Origin: Squalus acanthias
Lineage: Eukaryota
NCBI GenBank assembly: GCA_030390025.1
Contig: CM059425.1
Coordinates: 177,880,001 to 177,944,000 of the forward strand
Reading direction: 5' to 3'
Length of the DNA: 64,000 nucleotides
The translations under genes were made by a program, and so were the position numbers. Each line of letters starts with the position of its first letter. Positions within the stretch are counted from its first letter, which is position 1. Shown here piece by piece: positions 62,323 to 64,000 of this stretch. Under the pieces are notes generated by a model. The model was not told the DNA's origin. It searched no databases and saw only the letters and a list, made by a program, of their open reading frames with translations.

Positions 62323-64000
62323 TGCATGTGCAATTGCTTTAGTATTGTCACCAGTGCTTTGAATTCCACTCTGCAAAGTAAATAGGGCAAAGTCAGAGCA
62401 TTAGCAGTTTCCCCAAATTGTAAAACCATTTCCACTGACAGCAATTCCACAATACAAATATGACAGGAATCACACACTGAAGTTTTGCCAAGTTATTTGT
62501 GCTTTTATTTTTTTTTAAATCAGTATTTGATGTTACGTGCATTACAGTGGTACTAAAACCAAGCTCTCCAAATATCAAAAACTTAAAAAGAGTTACCAAT
62601 TATGCTTTTCTTACTTTTCTCCCTTGGTTTATCATGCACCATCCCTGGTCAAGTTGCCTTATCTAAAGTTTCTAATCTTCTTGATTTGCTAATGCATCGG
62701 GCAGTGCTACTTTCTGGGTAAGACATGTCATTCTCATGGATTCTGTCTGCTTAGCAGCTTAAATGGATTGTAACTGTTACCACATAAGGTTATGAGCAAA
62801 GCACAAGGACCATCTTGCAAAATAGCGTATTAATTCGCCCATTTATCAGAGGTGTTGAATGTTGAAATTTATGTAGTAGTCATCCTAGTTGGGAATTTGA
62901 TATGGGGGCATTTAAAAGTCAGACAATGGCTCTGAAATGGCTAGAAAATGTGAACTATCCCCTCTACATTTCTGTGGCGATGAGTTCTTTGGGTTGTTAT
63001 GGCATATTGCATTGGAGGCTGTCAGTGAAATCGAAAGTAGCAGGCTGGATTTCACTCCTGTGAGGAATGAATGGGACAGTTAGATGGTAGAACATCATAA
63101 GGCTGAAATAAAACCTACTTATATTGTATCCATCCTAGTATATTGTATAGCCCTAGTACTCCACGCAACCCTCATGAAGAAACCCGACTCTAGGTTAATT
63201 TGACAGCAAGATAACACGCCTGCTAATGGTAAATGGAACCGAGTTGATCCCCTATGGCAGACTCAGTAATCCGAAACCTGAGCCAAGTAGGTCCAAGGTA
63301 TTGTTGATGACTGATCAGCTCTTCTTGGTCATTGATGGGACCTGGAGTACTAAACCTTTCACTGATAACTTTATCACTAATAGGAACATAGGAACATCAT
63401 AGGAACATAGGAACATGATGAGTTGGTTTGTCCTAGCTGGACAAGTAGCAGGAAGCTCACATGTGCTCCATGCTCATAGCTGCTCAGTTTTAGCTCATTA
63501 TACTCCAACCATCCCCTGTTCATATTTGGGAGTCTCTAATTCTGGGCTCTGGCCTAAGTAAGTGGAGTATGTCCCCAGAGATGCAGAAAGAGAGCGAGAT
63601 TGTATACTCCATTTCAGGCAAACTGAATCCTTATCTGGATTTCTCATTTGGAGAAATTTGGAGACTTGTTAGCATAAGATGGGTCTCTGTATGCCAAACA
63701 CTCGGTTGACCAAATATAAGTGATGAGTTTTTAGAGGTTTTGCAAGGGGAAGGAAAACTTCTGTGAAATCAACCTGGTTTGATTCACAACCACAGTACAG
63801 CCCATGGAAGAACCAAGAATACAATTGCAAATGTAACCTTGTAACAAATAGGTTCCCTGCAAGTAACTTAGGATATCACTAAATTACATGTTAGCCCCAG
63901 TCCTATAAATGTAAACTCGATAATATTTTCTCTTCCATCCCTTAAACCTGGTGCATGGACAGAGGGAGAACATAATGTGGGAGACATAACAGTTCAGCTC

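Noticed and set aside
63381..63416. (TAGGAACA)n repeat as a CR1 end
   Set aside because: Resembles a CR1 tail, but the adjacent sequence shows no CR1 3' UTR that I can recognise.

Overview
Eukaryotic DNA, most likely from a cartilaginous fish (shark-like). The inference rests on Deu-domain SacSINE1/AmnSINE1-type SINEs and esterase-bearing CR1 LINEs. Almost the whole window is nested transposable elements and I could not support any host gene. Non-LTR content: at least eight CR1 copies (one full-length), five pieces of a second LINE family, older LINE/L2 fragments, four Deu-SINE copies and a Penelope-like element. LTR content: a near-intact GC-rich CsRn1-clade Gypsy (238-bp LTRs, tRNA-Trp PBS, ACTT TSD), a decayed Mag-like Gypsy filled with Harbinger DNA, and a 1.68-kb solo LTR. 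DNA transposons: an intact Tigger/pogo element with TIRs and TA TSD, several Harbinger elements (transposase plus spliced Myb/SANT gene) and MITEs, and hAT pieces. Best observation: all four CR1 ORF1/ORF2 junctions place a T_TTA_AAC slippery heptamer (exact in three) directly before the ORF1 stop, with ORF2 continuing in the -1 frame. This suggests an ORF1-ORF2 fusion made by programmed -1 frameshifting. The three CR1 5' UTRs also share a paired splice-donor motif, and the solo LTR has a foamy-virus-like layout. Coordinates were read by eye; boundaries without a TSD are approximate.
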